Of a DNA stretch of 64,000 nucleotides, positions 19,234 to 29,084 are shown one piece after another (the stretch's first letter is position 1; each line of letters starts with the position of its first letter). The DNA is taken from the IMG/VR virus record IMGVR_UViG_3300032238_000944, positions 1-64,000 of that record. The stretch is one strand, 5' to 3'. This stretch comes from a virus. Made by a program: the position numbers and the translations under genes. Under the pieces are notes generated by a model. It saw only the letters and a list, made by a program, of their open reading frames with translations. It made no database searches and was not told the DNA's origin.

Positions 19234-20589
19234 ATGGCAGAAATAAGGAACAGAGAATTATCACAATTTAGTTCTTTTTTACACATTGAAGATGCTACAC
19301 AAAGTATTGGTATCGCAACTGATGTAACTCCTTTTGTTGGTATAGGAACCACAAGCCCAACATCAAAACTTACAGTCAATGGTGATGTTCTTGTATCTAG
19401 CGCATTAACTGCAACATCATCTAATTTTAATAATTTAACTGTCAACAGTTCTGGTAATATTGCAAATATTTCTGGATCTAATCTTTATTATGCTGGAATT
19501 GGTACAATCAATACTTTAAATTCTGTTTCTGGAATTATTACCAATTTTACCAGCGGTATTGGTTCAATTACTCGACTCAATGCATATACTGGAATTGTAA
19601 CCAATCTTTCTGGTACTGGAGTTACTTATACTTCTGGCAATTTAACAACACTAAATGCTACCACAGGAAATATTGTTACTGGAATTATCACAAATTTGAC
19701 TGGTACTATCAATGCAAACATTGCGACATTAAATGCTACGACAGGAAATATTGTTACTGGTGTTGTTACAACTTTAACATCTACTAATGCATCTATAACA
19801 AATCTTACCATGGCTAGTATGAATTATACTGGTAGTGATATGAATATACCAACATTAAATGTCACTACAGGAAATATTGTTACTGGTGTTGTTACCACTC
19901 TTACTGGCAGTAGTATTAGTTACAGTGGTATTTCTACATTTAGTGGAGTTAAAATTTCTTCAGGTATTGTTACGGCTACAAACTCAGGAATTGTAACTTA
20001 TTATGGAGATGGTAGTAAGTTACTTAATGTCACTGCATCTGTATATTTACAAAGCGATTCAAGTACTCCACTTTTAAATCCAACTGGAATTCTTTCCACA
20101 TTCAATTTCGTAAATACAAATGGTGGCACAACGTACTCTGGGGGAATTGCATCAATTGATGTCGCTAGAGCCGCATCAGGTCCATCAAATGCAGTTCAAT
20201 TTAAAAATGCTTCTGGTATTTTCTCCGGATCTTCAAACTTTACTTGGAATGGATCAATCGTATCGATTGCTGGAACTTGTGAGGCAACGAACTTTAATAC
20301 AACATCAGATTTAAACTTTAAAGAAAATATCAAAACCGTTCAAGATGCATTGGCAATTGTATCAGATCTCCGTGGCGTAAGATTTGATTGGAAAACAACT
20401 CATCAACCAACAATTGGAGTGATTGCACAAGAAGTTGAAACCATTCTTCCAGAACTTGTAACAACTGCAGATCATAAAACGGTGAATTACAATGGTATTA
20501 TTGGTGTTTTGATTGAGGCAATCAAAGAACTTAAAACTGAAGTTCAAACATTAAAAGACCAAATAAATAATCAGCAGGGAGGATTATAA
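19234..20589 (+). CDS. Tail-fibre protein with S74 chaperone
   Basis: LNATTGNIVTG repeats; C-terminal SDLNFKENI...GVIAQE...LIEAIKEL. Confidence 0.85.
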   Translation: MAEIRNRELSQFSSFLHIEDATQSIGIATDVTPFVGIGTTSPTSKLTVNGDVLVSSALTATSSNFNNLTVNSSGNIANISGSNLYYAGIGTINTLNSVSGIITNFTSGIGSITRLNAYTGIVTNLSGTGVTYTSGNLTTLNATTGNIVTGIITNLTGTINANIATLNATTGNIVTGVVTTLTSTNASITNLTMASMNYTGSDMNIPTLNVTTGNIVTGVVTTLTGSSISYSGISTFSGVKISSGIVTATNSGIVTYYGDGSKLLNVTASVYLQSDSSTPLLNPTGILSTFNFVNTNGGTTYSGGIASIDVARAASGPSNAVQFKNASGIFSGSSNFTWNGSIVSIAGTCEATNFNTTSDLNFKENIKTVQDALAIVSDLRGVRFDWKTTHQPTIGVIAQEVETILPELVTTADHKTVNYNGIIGVLIEAIKELKTEVQTLKDQINNQQGGL

Positions 20590-20590
20590 A

Positions 20591-20974
20591 ATGGCATTCA
20601 AAATTTCTGGTACTACAATTGTTAATGATAGTAGAGGGATTATTGGTTATGCCGAAACTCTGAATAATCTTGGAAATACTGGAGCAAATCCAAATATAGA
20701 TCTTTCAAATGGAAATTTTGTGGTAGCAACATTAAATCAAAATGCTACTTTTACATTTTCAAATCCACCTGCAGGTGCTTGGTCTTTTACATTATTCCTT
20801 ACTAATGATGCAACACCATCCAGAGTAATTGCTTGGCCTGCATCAGTTGTTTGGCCAAGTGGTACAACTCCAGCAAGAACTACAACTGCAAGTAAAACTG
20901 ATGTTTATACATTTTTCACTGTAAATGGTGGAACAACCTGGTACGCAAACATAGCGCAATACAATTATAGTTAA
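20591..20974 (+). CDS. Small tail-associated structural protein
   Basis: IDLSNGN...ATFTFSNPP...WP.SV.WP...DVYTF.T..GGTTWY tail-tip domain. Confidence 0.65.
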   Translation: MAFKISGTTIVNDSRGIIGYAETLNNLGNTGANPNIDLSNGNFVVATLNQNATFTFSNPPAGAWSFTLFLTNDATPSRVIAWPASVVWPSGTTPARTTTASKTDVYTFFTVNGGTTWYANIAQYNYS

Positions 20975-20982
20975 TTTTAATC

Positions 20983-21573
20983 ATGAACGCACGATACAAT
21001 GATTTCATTGGTATGTATCAGAACGTCTTTCCAGACGGGTTCTGTTCACATGTAATTTCAGAATTTGAGAGATTACTATCTTCTGGTTCTTGTGCAAATC
21101 GACAAGATGTAGAAGGTACTCCAAAAACAAGCAAAGAAGATTATCATTATTTCTTGAATATGAAAAATCATGTGATGTCACCATTTAATAATGTTGATGT
21201 AATGGATATTTTTATGAATTCATTACAGAATTGCTTTGATGAGTATATAAGTGAATTTGATATTCTGAAGGACATTCCTTTGAGATGTACAGCAGTTAAA
21301 ATGCAAAAAACAGATCCTGGTGCTGGATATCATGTTTGGCATGGCGAACAAGGTGAAGGTCAAGCTAGTGCAAGATGCCTAGTTTATTCAGCATATCTCA
21401 ATGATATTGATGATGCAGGAGAAACTGAGTTCTTATATCAAAGATTAAGAATTGCTCCCAAAGAAAATACTATGATCTTATGGCCTGCTGCATTTACTCA
21501 TACTCATCGAGGTAACGTAGTTCATGGAAATAAATCTAAATATATAATAACAGGTTGGTTTTATATAGAGTGA
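20983..21573 (+). CDS. 2OG-Fe(II) oxygenase
   Basis: YHVWHGE, YLND...GETEF, WPA.FTHTHRG, KY..TGW. Confidence 0.9.
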   Translation: MNARYNDFIGMYQNVFPDGFCSHVISEFERLLSSGSCANRQDVEGTPKTSKEDYHYFLNMKNHVMSPFNNVDVMDIFMNSLQNCFDEYISEFDILKDIPLRCTAVKMQKTDPGAGYHVWHGEQGEGQASARCLVYSAYLNDIDDAGETEFLYQRLRIAPKENTMILWPAAFTHTHRGNVVHGNKSKYIITGWFYIE

Positions 21574-21574
21574 T

Positions 21575-22477
21575 ATGAGTATTACTACCAGAAAAGTACT
21601 AAGTGGATCACAACAATATACAGGAAGTGTAACTTTCAATGCTCCGGGAACTTGGACTTCTCCAAATAGATTAGTTCAAGTTACAGTGCAGGGACGAGGC
21701 CAAGGTGGCAGCCCAGGAAATGCTGCAACAGCAGGAAATGCTGTCGCTCCTGGACAAGCAGGAACTGGCGGCGGCGCTGGCGGCGGCGGCGGCGGTGGCG
21801 GCGGTGGAGCCTCCAACCCCGGAACTGCGGGAGGAAGTGTTGCTGGTGGTGGTAATGGTGGAGCAGCTGGTGGCGGTGGTGCTGCTGGCGTTCCTGGCCA
21901 GCCAGGTGGTGCTGGAAATCCAGGTAATGCTGGTGCCCCTGGTCCTATAAATCCAGCAATTCAGGGTAATCCCGGAAACACTGGACAAGCATCATCTGCA
22001 TTTGGTTTAACATTTCCAGGTGGCCAACGTGGCAATGGCGGAACCGCAAATGCAGCACAACCAGGAGCTCCAGGACCTGCTGGCCAAGGAGGAGGTGGCG
22101 GAAATGGAGGCGGACCAGGATCTCAACAAGGTACTGGAGGTGCTGGCGGAGTTCCTGGAGGCCAGCCTGGAAGTGGTACTGGTCCGGGTAGTACATTAAA
22201 TTTTGTTGGAGGAACCGGTGGTGCTGGTGCTGCTACTGGTGGAAATGGTGGCCGAGCATCACCTGCCGCTAATTTTAGAGGTGGTGGCGGCGGTGGCGGC
22301 AGCGGCTCTGGTAGCGCAGGAGGAGCAGGAACCCCCGGCAATATTGCTACCAATCCAAACCCTGGCGTCTCAGCTCCGACAATCAATACACCAGGAGTTG
22401 TAGTTACTCCAGCAACTTCATATCCGATTACTGTAGGTCCAGGAGGTTCTGTTATTATCTCATGGAATACTCAATAA
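21575..22477 (+). CDS. Gly/Ala/Pro-rich (G-X-Y) tail-associated protein
   Basis: TFNAPGTW start, long GXX repeats (GQPGGAGNPGNAGAPGP), C-terminal YPITV..GG.V.ISW; markedly GC-richer than its neighbours. Confidence 0.7.
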   Translation: MSITTRKVLSGSQQYTGSVTFNAPGTWTSPNRLVQVTVQGRGQGGSPGNAATAGNAVAPGQAGTGGGAGGGGGGGGGGASNPGTAGGSVAGGGNGGAAGGGGAAGVPGQPGGAGNPGNAGAPGPINPAIQGNPGNTGQASSAFGLTFPGGQRGNGGTANAAQPGAPGPAGQGGGGGNGGGPGSQQGTGGAGGVPGGQPGSGTGPGSTLNFVGGTGGAGAATGGNGGRASPAANFRGGGGGGGSGSGSAGGAGTPGNIATNPNPGVSAPTINTPGVVVTPATSYPITVGPGGSVIISWNTQ

Positions 22478-22503
22478 ATATAAAAAATATTTGAATTTTA
22501 ATT

Positions 22504-22920
22504 ATGCCACAAAAGAAATTATCAAAAACTCGTCAAAAAATTCATGGTCTTTATGAAGAAGCTGAATATTATAATGTAAAATCAAATCAAACCAGAGCAA
22601 GATCTTTATCTGTAGGAACTTGTGGTGGTGGATTAATTGAAGTAAATATAAGAGGTGATATTGGAAATCTTTGGTATCAACTCCAACCAGCAGAAGCAGT
22701 AGAAATCATAGGTCAATTAGCAGCTGCTGCTGGTGTAGAAATTGCAATGAGGCCTAGACAAGATTTTGCTGCTTGGAGATCTTGGGACACTTCACTTCCT
22801 GCAAGTATTCAATGGATTGGTGCAGCACCTTGGCAATTATCTGAAGATCAAAGATTGGAATTAGAAGAAGCAAAAGCAAAAAATATTAAACCAATTGAAG
22901 GTACGAATGAATCTGAATAA
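22504..22920 (+). CDS. Hypothetical protein
   Basis: 138 aa ORF after a late promoter. Confidence 0.7.
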   Translation: MPQKKLSKTRQKIHGLYEEAEYYNVKSNQTRARSLSVGTCGGGLIEVNIRGDIGNLWYQLQPAEAVEIIGQLAAAAGVEIAMRPRQDFAAWRSWDTSLPASIQWIGAAPWQLSEDQRLELEEAKAKNIKPIEGTNESE

Positions 22921-23446
22921 TTTTTATGTTTTAGTTGATAATGAAAGAAATCAAATTATTGACAAAATTCAAAAATTGCCTCAAAATTGGAAAAATATTG
23001 CAGGACTTCCTGGACTTACTGATGAAGAACTTTGTGATTTAAAATGGGCTGGGCATCATAATCTTGCATGGATCAATATTCATTCAGAAAAAATTAAAGA
23101 ATATACATCATCATTACAAAATCTAGAGCTTAATAAAAATACATTTAAGTTATTAGTTTCAGATCTAAGAAAAGAGAAACAATCAGAACCAATTGATTAC
23201 TACGGAGCAAAAATAAAATGTGATTTTAGAACTCGTTGTTCGTTATACGTTCTAAAAGAAAAAGAAAAAGTAAATTTTAAATGTATCAATGGATATTATA
23301 CGTTTACTTCATTGCAAATTTCAGAAATTTATGATAAAATAGAAGCACAAATTCAAACTTTATTTGATCAAGAACTTGAAATTTACAATCAAATAGATAA
23401 ATGTCAATCAATATCTGACTTTTTTAATGTAAAATATGACTTCTGA
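22907..23446 (+). CDS. Putative tail-assembly chaperone (DUF4376-like)
   Basis: LP.NW.NI.GL N-terminus and VNFK...G...F..E C-terminus; located in the tail cluster. Confidence 0.5.
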   Translation: MNLNNFYVLVDNERNQIIDKIQKLPQNWKNIAGLPGLTDEELCDLKWAGHHNLAWINIHSEKIKEYTSSLQNLELNKNTFKLLVSDLRKEKQSEPIDYYGAKIKCDFRTRCSLYVLKEKEKVNFKCINGYYTFTSLQISEIYDKIEAQIQTLFDQELEIYNQIDKCQSISDFFNVKYDF

Positions 23447-24083
23447 GTTTTTTTCAAATAAAAATTCTTTTGATATTATTCAAGATCCAATTAAAAATAG
23501 TTGGGGGCCATATTGGCATCTTAATACAAAAGAATATGAACCATATTGCTGGAATAATCAAGTATTCACTTGTGAAGAAATAGAAAGAATTAAAGTGATT
23601 GGATGTAGATTAGGAGTAGATAGGGCAACAACTGGCAATGGAAAGGATTGTCTAGATCACAGAAGATCTTTTACTTCTTGGATAAATCCAAATGAACATA
23701 CAAGTTGGATTTATGAAAAATTAACTCAATTGATAGATCAAAATAATCAACAATATTTCAATTTTGATTTAACTATGATTGAAACTTTACAATTTACTTA
23801 TTATTCTTCACAAGAAGATGGTTGTTACAAAAGTCATATTGATCCCTTAAATTGGAGATTACCTCACAACAGAAAATTAAGTGTTGTAGTTCAACTTTCG
23901 GATCCGTCAGAGTATGAAGGAGGAGATTTAAAGTTGCATAATTCTTATAATCCAGTGATAATTAATAAAGAAAAAGGTCTTATCATTACTTTTCCATCGT
24001 ATACATTGCACGAAGTTACTCCAGTAACTAAAGGAGAAAGATATTCTTTAGTTGCTTGGGTTCATGGGCCTGCCTTTAGATAA
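23436..24083 (+). CDS. 2OG-Fe(II) oxygenase (prolyl-hydroxylase-like)
   Basis: YKSHID, RKLS..VQLSDP.EYEGG, FPSY.LHEVTPV..G.RYSLV.W..GP. Confidence 0.92.
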   Translation: MTSEFFSNKNSFDIIQDPIKNSWGPYWHLNTKEYEPYCWNNQVFTCEEIERIKVIGCRLGVDRATTGNGKDCLDHRRSFTSWINPNEHTSWIYEKLTQLIDQNNQQYFNFDLTMIETLQFTYYSSQEDGCYKSHIDPLNWRLPHNRKLSVVVQLSDPSEYEGGDLKLHNSYNPVIINKEKGLIITFPSYTLHEVTPVTKGERYSLVAWVHGPAFR

Positions 24084-24088
24084 TTATT

Positions 24089-24655
24089 ATGACATTTAAA
24101 GAAGATGGATATCAAATTATTCGTGGTTTTCTAGAACCAGACTTCGTTAAGTTTATTAATCAATATTTTTTTACAAGAATTACTGCAGGTCAAGCAGTAA
24201 TTGGTGACGTTCAAGCACCAAATTCTTATATTTTTTATGGTGATCCTTTGATGGATACAATTCTTGGGGAAGCAGCAACAAAACTGAGTGAAGTTGCTGG
24301 TTATTCGTTATTGCCAACCTATACATATACAAGACTGTATGGTAAAAGTGATGAACTTGTGATTCATCGTGATAGACCTTCTTGTGAATTATCGGGAACA
24401 TTAGCACTTGGATTTCCTGATGGAGAAGAAATAAATCCAATTTATTTTAGTAAAAATGAAGACAAATCTGATGCAATTGAGATTAGGTTAAACCCTGGTG
24501 ATTTGTGTTTATATCATGGATGCGATTTGTATCATTGGAGACCACCATTCACTCAACGTTGGTATCTTCAAGCATTTTTACATTATGTAAATGCAGAAGG
24601 TCCTCATAAAGACTTTTTATATGATAAAAGAACTTATCTAGGAATGTCTAAATAA
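24089..24655 (+). CDS. 2OG-Fe(II) oxygenase
   Basis: PTY.Y.RLY...L..HRDRPSCE.S, GD..LY.GC...HWR, Q.FLHYV. Confidence 0.88.
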   Translation: MTFKEDGYQIIRGFLEPDFVKFINQYFFTRITAGQAVIGDVQAPNSYIFYGDPLMDTILGEAATKLSEVAGYSLLPTYTYTRLYGKSDELVIHRDRPSCELSGTLALGFPDGEEINPIYFSKNEDKSDAIEIRLNPGDLCLYHGCDLYHWRPPFTQRWYLQAFLHYVNAEGPHKDFLYDKRTYLGMSK

Positions 24656-24668
24656 AAATAAAACCAAA

Positions 24669-24947
24669 ATGGATTACAAATTATATGCCATTGTAGATCA
24701 AGATAATTTAGTAATTAATTGCACAACTTGGTTAATCAATGAAAACATTCAAGATCTGATTACAAATACATATTCTAGCAGATACAGTGCTATTGAATAT
24801 TCTATGGATCAAAGTATTACCAAAAATCCAGCTGGAATAGGACTTACTTATGACGAATCTTTAAACGCATTTATTCGTAAAAAACCTGGAGATAATTACA
24901 CATTAAATACAGAAACATTTGAATGGGAACCTAATCAAACTAATTAA
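24669..24947 (+). CDS. Putative tail-fibre assembly protein
   Basis: YA.VD..N.V.N start, AGIG.TYD...AF...P...LN..T..WE end. Confidence 0.55.
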   Translation: MDYKLYAIVDQDNLVINCTTWLINENIQDLITNTYSSRYSAIEYSMDQSITKNPAGIGLTYDESLNAFIRKKPGDNYTLNTETFEWEPNQTN

Positions 24948-25006
24948 CCACTTTACAAACTGTCCACTCAACCTCCCAGGGTCTCTGGGAGGTTTTATAA
25001 TAGCTT
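24945..25006 (+). promoter_or_regulatory. Early-promoter repeat element copy 1 (contains a terminator-like hairpin)
   Basis: taaccactt-taca-aactgtccac, hairpin aacctcccag/ctgggaggtt, TATAAT 24996. Confidence 0.75.
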
Positions 25007-25117
25007 CGTGAACTCAGTTTCCTATGCCTCTGACTGCCACTGAAAAGTTAATTTTTATAGCATCATTCGTCAATTTTCTTCACTGGGGCGCAAAAGTCAC
25101 GGAATCTGTACTGAATC

Positions 25118-25537
25118 ATGCTATTTCTTGAAATTACTGGTTATAACTGCTCTAAAAGGCGCTGTGAGAGCATTGTAGAGTGGTTCATAGGGAAATACCT
25201 TCCCAACCATAAATTGGACGTTGTAGTGAACCACAGAGGTCTTCTGAGGGAAGGTGTATATGGTTGGTGTACCGTACTAGATTGTGATCATCGTCCAAGG
25301 GCTTTTGAAATTGAAATGCATAATCGTCTGAATGTAGAAGATTATGCTAAGACTTTGTTTCATGAGCTTTGGCATGTGTATCAACATGTACATGGAGATC
25401 TTCGTGATAAGTATCAGAAACGTCTTTGGAAAGGTGTTGATTGTTCTGAGTTGGATTATGATGATCAACCATGGGAACAAGAAGCAAACTCAATGGAATC
25501 TCAACTGTACCTGATGTACTTGACAGAAACCTCATAA
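25118..25537 (+). CDS. Zn metallopeptidase (HExxH)
   Basis: TLFHELWHVYQ and QPWEQEA. Confidence 0.75.
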   Translation: MLFLEITGYNCSKRRCESIVEWFIGKYLPNHKLDVVVNHRGLLREGVYGWCTVLDCDHRPRAFEIEMHNRLNVEDYAKTLFHELWHVYQHVHGDLRDKYQKRLWKGVDCSELDYDDQPWEQEANSMESQLYLMYLTETS

Positions 25538-25548
25538 GTAATTAGAAT
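25520..25548 (+). promoter_or_regulatory. Sigma70-type promoter
   Basis: TTGACA-17-TAGAAT. Confidence 0.7.
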
Positions 25549-25569
25549 TGCTTTGTCCGGGTTGATGAG

Positions 25570-26082
25570 ATGGCTATAAGTACTTTAGAGAGACACAAAT
25601 ATAATGGCAATGAGATCATCAAGACTCGTACATTAACATACGAGCCTTACAGATATTGTGAATATAACATGGCACTGGTGATGGGTTTAATAAGACGCAA
25701 ACTCACACCAGATTTGCTATCTACAAGATATCGGGAAGAAAACAAAACAAATCCAACATATGGACATTGCTATCACTCTACACAGGCATTGTTCTATCTG
25801 ATGGATACTGATAAGTTACAACCAATGAGTGGTATTGATTACCGTGGTGAAACTCATTGGTGGTTACAAGATGGAGATAACATTTATGATCTTACTGCGG
25901 AGCAGTATCTTTCCGTAGGAAAGTTGCCACCATATTCTGTAGGTAAGAAAAGTAAATGGTATGGTTGGAAAGGTCGTCCACATCAGAGATCATTGGATCT
26001 CATTGTGAGAGTTCTTGGCAATCGGGTGACAGACACTGTGACAGTTGCCGAAGTGGATGGGGCCTTGACACCTTTCTTTTGA
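25570..26082 (+). CDS. Papain/transglutaminase-fold protein (YunG-like)
   Basis: Putative Cys-His-Asp triad: GHCY, THWWL, YDLTAEQY. Confidence 0.6.
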   Translation: MAISTLERHKYNGNEIIKTRTLTYEPYRYCEYNMALVMGLIRRKLTPDLLSTRYREENKTNPTYGHCYHSTQALFYLMDTDKLQPMSGIDYRGETHWWLQDGDNIYDLTAEQYLSVGKLPPYSVGKKSKWYGWKGRPHQRSLDLIVRVLGNRVTDTVTVAEVDGALTPFF

Positions 26083-26100
26083 TCCGTGTATAATAGCCAG
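26038..26100 (+). promoter_or_regulatory. Early-promoter repeat element copy 2
   Basis: gtgacagtt-gccg-aagtgg, TTGACA 26065, TG-TATAAT 26089, AGCCA. Confidence 0.8.
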
Positions 26101-26164
26101 GTAAGCAACGGACGAGAACTTAGTTCTGCCTTGATTACACACTGTAGTTTACTTAGTTTAACTT

Positions 26165-27337
26165 ATGACAGTTCAAATCCCTTTTATGCCTAGCGAAACT
26201 CAACTTGTTTGGGATCGTGTGGCACAAACTTGCAACAATCCTTTGGGATTGACCGAAGAGATTCTTCAACAATCTCTTGAAGTTTGTCCCGCTCCTGAAT
26301 ATCAAGGAGCAGAGTATATTGGTCGATATCTGGTTCCTCGTTCTTTTGTTCGCTATGATCAAGAAGAACAACCCCGTGATAAAAGTAATGATGCTGATCA
26401 CGTTAATAATCTAGTCAATAATTTTGAGACGATTGGTTATCGTCTGGATGCACAACCTCCCATCAGTTGTTTTGATACAAATGATGTAGCATCTACCAAA
26501 CTCAAAGCACAATCGGGTTATAACCGAAATGAAGCTTTGGATCGGATTGGTCAAGAACTTTATATCTTCGATGTTTATAAGTTTGAGAGTAGGTTTTGGG
26601 AAATTGTTGCTCGCAACCAGTCAAATCACCACTCCAATCCTCAACTTAGTCAGTCTATTCAAGACTACATCAAAGAAGTTTGCAATGCTGTGGAAAATGA
26701 AATCATTCCTGGTGATGCAGATGCTATTTCTGATTTTGTAGATCTGATTGCTACAGATAAAACTGCTAAAGCTCGTAAAAAAATTAAAGTTACTTGCTTT
26801 AACAACTGTCAGGTATTTCCTAACTTCCGTACCTACAATTCTGTTGGTGCTGGTAAAAATACTTTGAATGGATTCATTAAAGAAAATGGATTTGTAAAAC
26901 AAGGTGTTGAAGGTCGTACTGATGAAGAGTTGAAAGCACAAGGTTATATTACCTATTGTGCTGGCAATGGTGACAACAAAAGCAGTTGGATGCGAGCACT
27001 CTATCACGGAACTCGTTTGGGTCTTCCCGTGTGGATCTTTGGTTATGCAGCAAATCGTGTAGATAACCTAGAACAGTTCCGTGCAGAATACATCAATGAT
27101 TTCAATGAATTGAAACAAGTGATGCTTGAGTTTGCTTTCTCGATTGCTGATGGTGGAGAGCAATCTTCGATTGATGAAGATGCTTTTTGTGTCAAACTCG
27201 CTGGATTTTTGCCTCAGTATGTGAAACCCAATCCTCAAGATAGGGGTCGTCCTACTGAAAATACATTGGTTGATGTATATGGCAATTCTATTCGGTTTGA
27301 TCCTGATGGAGATTGTCTGACACTTTCCCAACCCTGA
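26165..27337 (+). CDS. Hypothetical protein with possible ParB/Srx-like N-terminal domain
   Basis: QPR....DHV..L...F...GY...PP and SGYNR..AL resemble the ParB-N GxxR motif. Confidence 0.45.
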   Translation: MTVQIPFMPSETQLVWDRVAQTCNNPLGLTEEILQQSLEVCPAPEYQGAEYIGRYLVPRSFVRYDQEEQPRDKSNDADHVNNLVNNFETIGYRLDAQPPISCFDTNDVASTKLKAQSGYNRNEALDRIGQELYIFDVYKFESRFWEIVARNQSNHHSNPQLSQSIQDYIKEVCNAVENEIIPGDADAISDFVDLIATDKTAKARKKIKVTCFNNCQVFPNFRTYNSVGAGKNTLNGFIKENGFVKQGVEGRTDEELKAQGYITYCAGNGDNKSSWMRALYHGTRLGLPVWIFGYAANRVDNLEQFRAEYINDFNELKQVMLEFAFSIADGGEQSSIDEDAFCVKLAGFLPQYVKPNPQDRGRPTENTLVDVYGNSIRFDPDGDCLTLSQP

Positions 27338-27400
27338 TCCAATTTGTGAACTGTCACACGGGGTCCACACGGACCCCTTTTTGCTGTATAATGGCCATAT
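27336..27400 (+). promoter_or_regulatory. Early-promoter repeat element copy 3 (with terminator hairpin)
   Basis: gatccaatt-tgtg-aactgtcac, GGGGTCC-ACAC-GGACCCC-TTTTT, TG-TATAAT 27387, GGCCA. Confidence 0.85.
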
Positions 27401-27413
27401 CGAAACGAAAGCA

Positions 27414-28637
27414 ATGGAACTTCGCCCCCATCAACAACGTGCCCTAGATGCTCTCGTAAAGCATGTTATTGGGCAGGTGATCATCCCGACTGGCGGAGGT
27501 AAGACCAATGTTGCTATTTTTGATGCAATCCGTGAGTTTCAGTCTGATGCTCCTAAAACCATCGTAGTGGTTGCCCCGCGCATCCTTCTGGCAGAGCAGT
27601 TGTCTAGTGAGTTTCTTGAGTTTATCACAAATGTTGCAGTATTGCACGTTCATAGTGGCGAAACTCATCACTTCAACACCACTAAACCTGCTGAGATCTA
27701 CAACTGGTCTCGTCGTGCATACAAACATCAACTGATCTTCACTACCTATAACTCACTCAAGCAACTTGTCACTGCTGGTATTCATGTTGATACCATCTAT
27801 TTTGATGAGGCACATAATTCTGTGCAACGTCATTTCTATCCTGCCACTCAACATTTCAGTCAACATGCTGACCGCTGTTACTTTTTTACTGCTACTCCAA
27901 AGCATTCTCTTGCTGCTAGTAAACCTGGAATGAATGATACCCGAGTGTATGGCCAGGTGATTTGCAATGTACCTGCTCCCGAACTTGTAGATGGTGGTTA
28001 TATTGTACCACCTAAAGTTGTGGTCAAACAACTACCGATGCTTGGCAAACATGCTCAGGTTGCTGATCGTGACAGCGAGAATCTGTTGGATACCATTGAT
28101 GAACAAGGTGTCTCTAAGGTTCTCATCTGTGCCAAAGCTGTCAAGCAGATTCTCAATCTGGTTGCAGAATCTGACTTCTGCCTGCAACTCCAACAGCGTG
28201 GATATTCCTATATGTACATCAGTGCAAAGACTGGTGGTGTGATTGATGGTCAGAAAGTCAATCGTGAGCAATTCTTTGACACTCTCACTGCATGGGGTAA
28301 GGATAACAATAAGAAGTTTGTTGTTCTACATCACTCCATTCTTTCTGAGGGTATCAATGTCAGTGGACTTGAGGCAGTGATTTTTATGCGCTCCATGGAT
28401 TACATTGGTATCAGTCAGACTATTGGCCGTGTGATCCGTTTGCATCATGATGATGCTGCTGGACTGCGCTCTGGTCGTATTGCTCCTGGTGCTGTGCAAG
28501 ACTATACTAAATCTTTTGGTCTTGTGTGCATTCCTGTGTTCAATAAGGTTGGCATCAGTACCGCGCAGAAAGTACAGTCGGTTGTTGATACCATCTTTGT
28601 TCAAGGTGAACCTGCAATCTCTACCGTAAGAAGATAA
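27414..28637 (+). CDS. Superfamily 2 helicase (ResIII/DExH-like)
   Basis: LRPHQ, PTGGGKT, FDEAH, FTATP, LSEGINV, QTIGRVIR; start moved to ATG 27414. Confidence 0.92.
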   Translation: MELRPHQQRALDALVKHVIGQVIIPTGGGKTNVAIFDAIREFQSDAPKTIVVVAPRILLAEQLSSEFLEFITNVAVLHVHSGETHHFNTTKPAEIYNWSRRAYKHQLIFTTYNSLKQLVTAGIHVDTIYFDEAHNSVQRHFYPATQHFSQHADRCYFFTATPKHSLAASKPGMNDTRVYGQVICNVPAPELVDGGYIVPPKVVVKQLPMLGKHAQVADRDSENLLDTIDEQGVSKVLICAKAVKQILNLVAESDFCLQLQQRGYSYMYISAKTGGVIDGQKVNREQFFDTLTAWGKDNNKKFVVLHHSILSEGINVSGLEAVIFMRSMDYIGISQTIGRVIRLHHDDAAGLRSGRIAPGAVQDYTKSFGLVCIPVFNKVGISTAQKVQSVVDTIFVQGEPAISTVRR

Positions 28638-28640
28638 CAT

Positions 28641-29081
28641 ATGGAAGTCAAATTCACGCAAAATCATTTTAAAAAGTGTAAAGAAGTAACTTGGGATGAT
28701 ATAGTTGAAAAAATTGATAATGAATTTTTTCACCAAACTCATAAAATTATTTGCCCTTCAGATCGTGCTCCAACAATCATTCTTCATAATGATTACTATC
28801 CACTATCAATTAAATCTGCATATAATGAAGTTGAAACCGAAACTGGTATAAAAGATATGCATATCTATACTTCATTGGGTAGAAATGCTTCAACATTTGG
28901 AAGACACTGTGACACAATGGATGTTTTGATTGTTCAATCTAAAGGAAAAATTGATTATGAATTTGATTGTGGTACAATTGTAAGGATGAGTCCAGGGGAT
29001 TCTCTTCACATTCCCAAAGGAGTTTATCACAATCCAATTGTATCCGAACCTAGAATTACATTGAGTTTCTCTTGGCAATAA
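28641..29081 (+). CDS. Cupin/JmjC-like 2OG oxygenase
   Basis: FGRHCD..DV.IVQ..G, PGD.LHIPKG.YH.P, RITLS. Confidence 0.8.
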   Translation: MEVKFTQNHFKKCKEVTWDDIVEKIDNEFFHQTHKIICPSDRAPTIILHNDYYPLSIKSAYNEVETETGIKDMHIYTSLGRNASTFGRHCDTMDVLIVQSKGKIDYEFDCGTIVRMSPGDSLHIPKGVYHNPIVSEPRITLSFSWQ

Positions 29082-29084
29082 ATT

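Noticed and set aside
16707-22403. Pro-rich minus-strand and alternate-frame ORFs (e.g. 16738-17205, 22123-22386)
   Set aside because: Shadows of GGN-rich glycine codons; no RBS or promoter support
10046-24947. Diversity-generating retroelement or invertible tail-fibre system
   Set aside because: No reverse transcriptase or invertase, no TR/VR pair differing at adenines and no inverted gene copies seen
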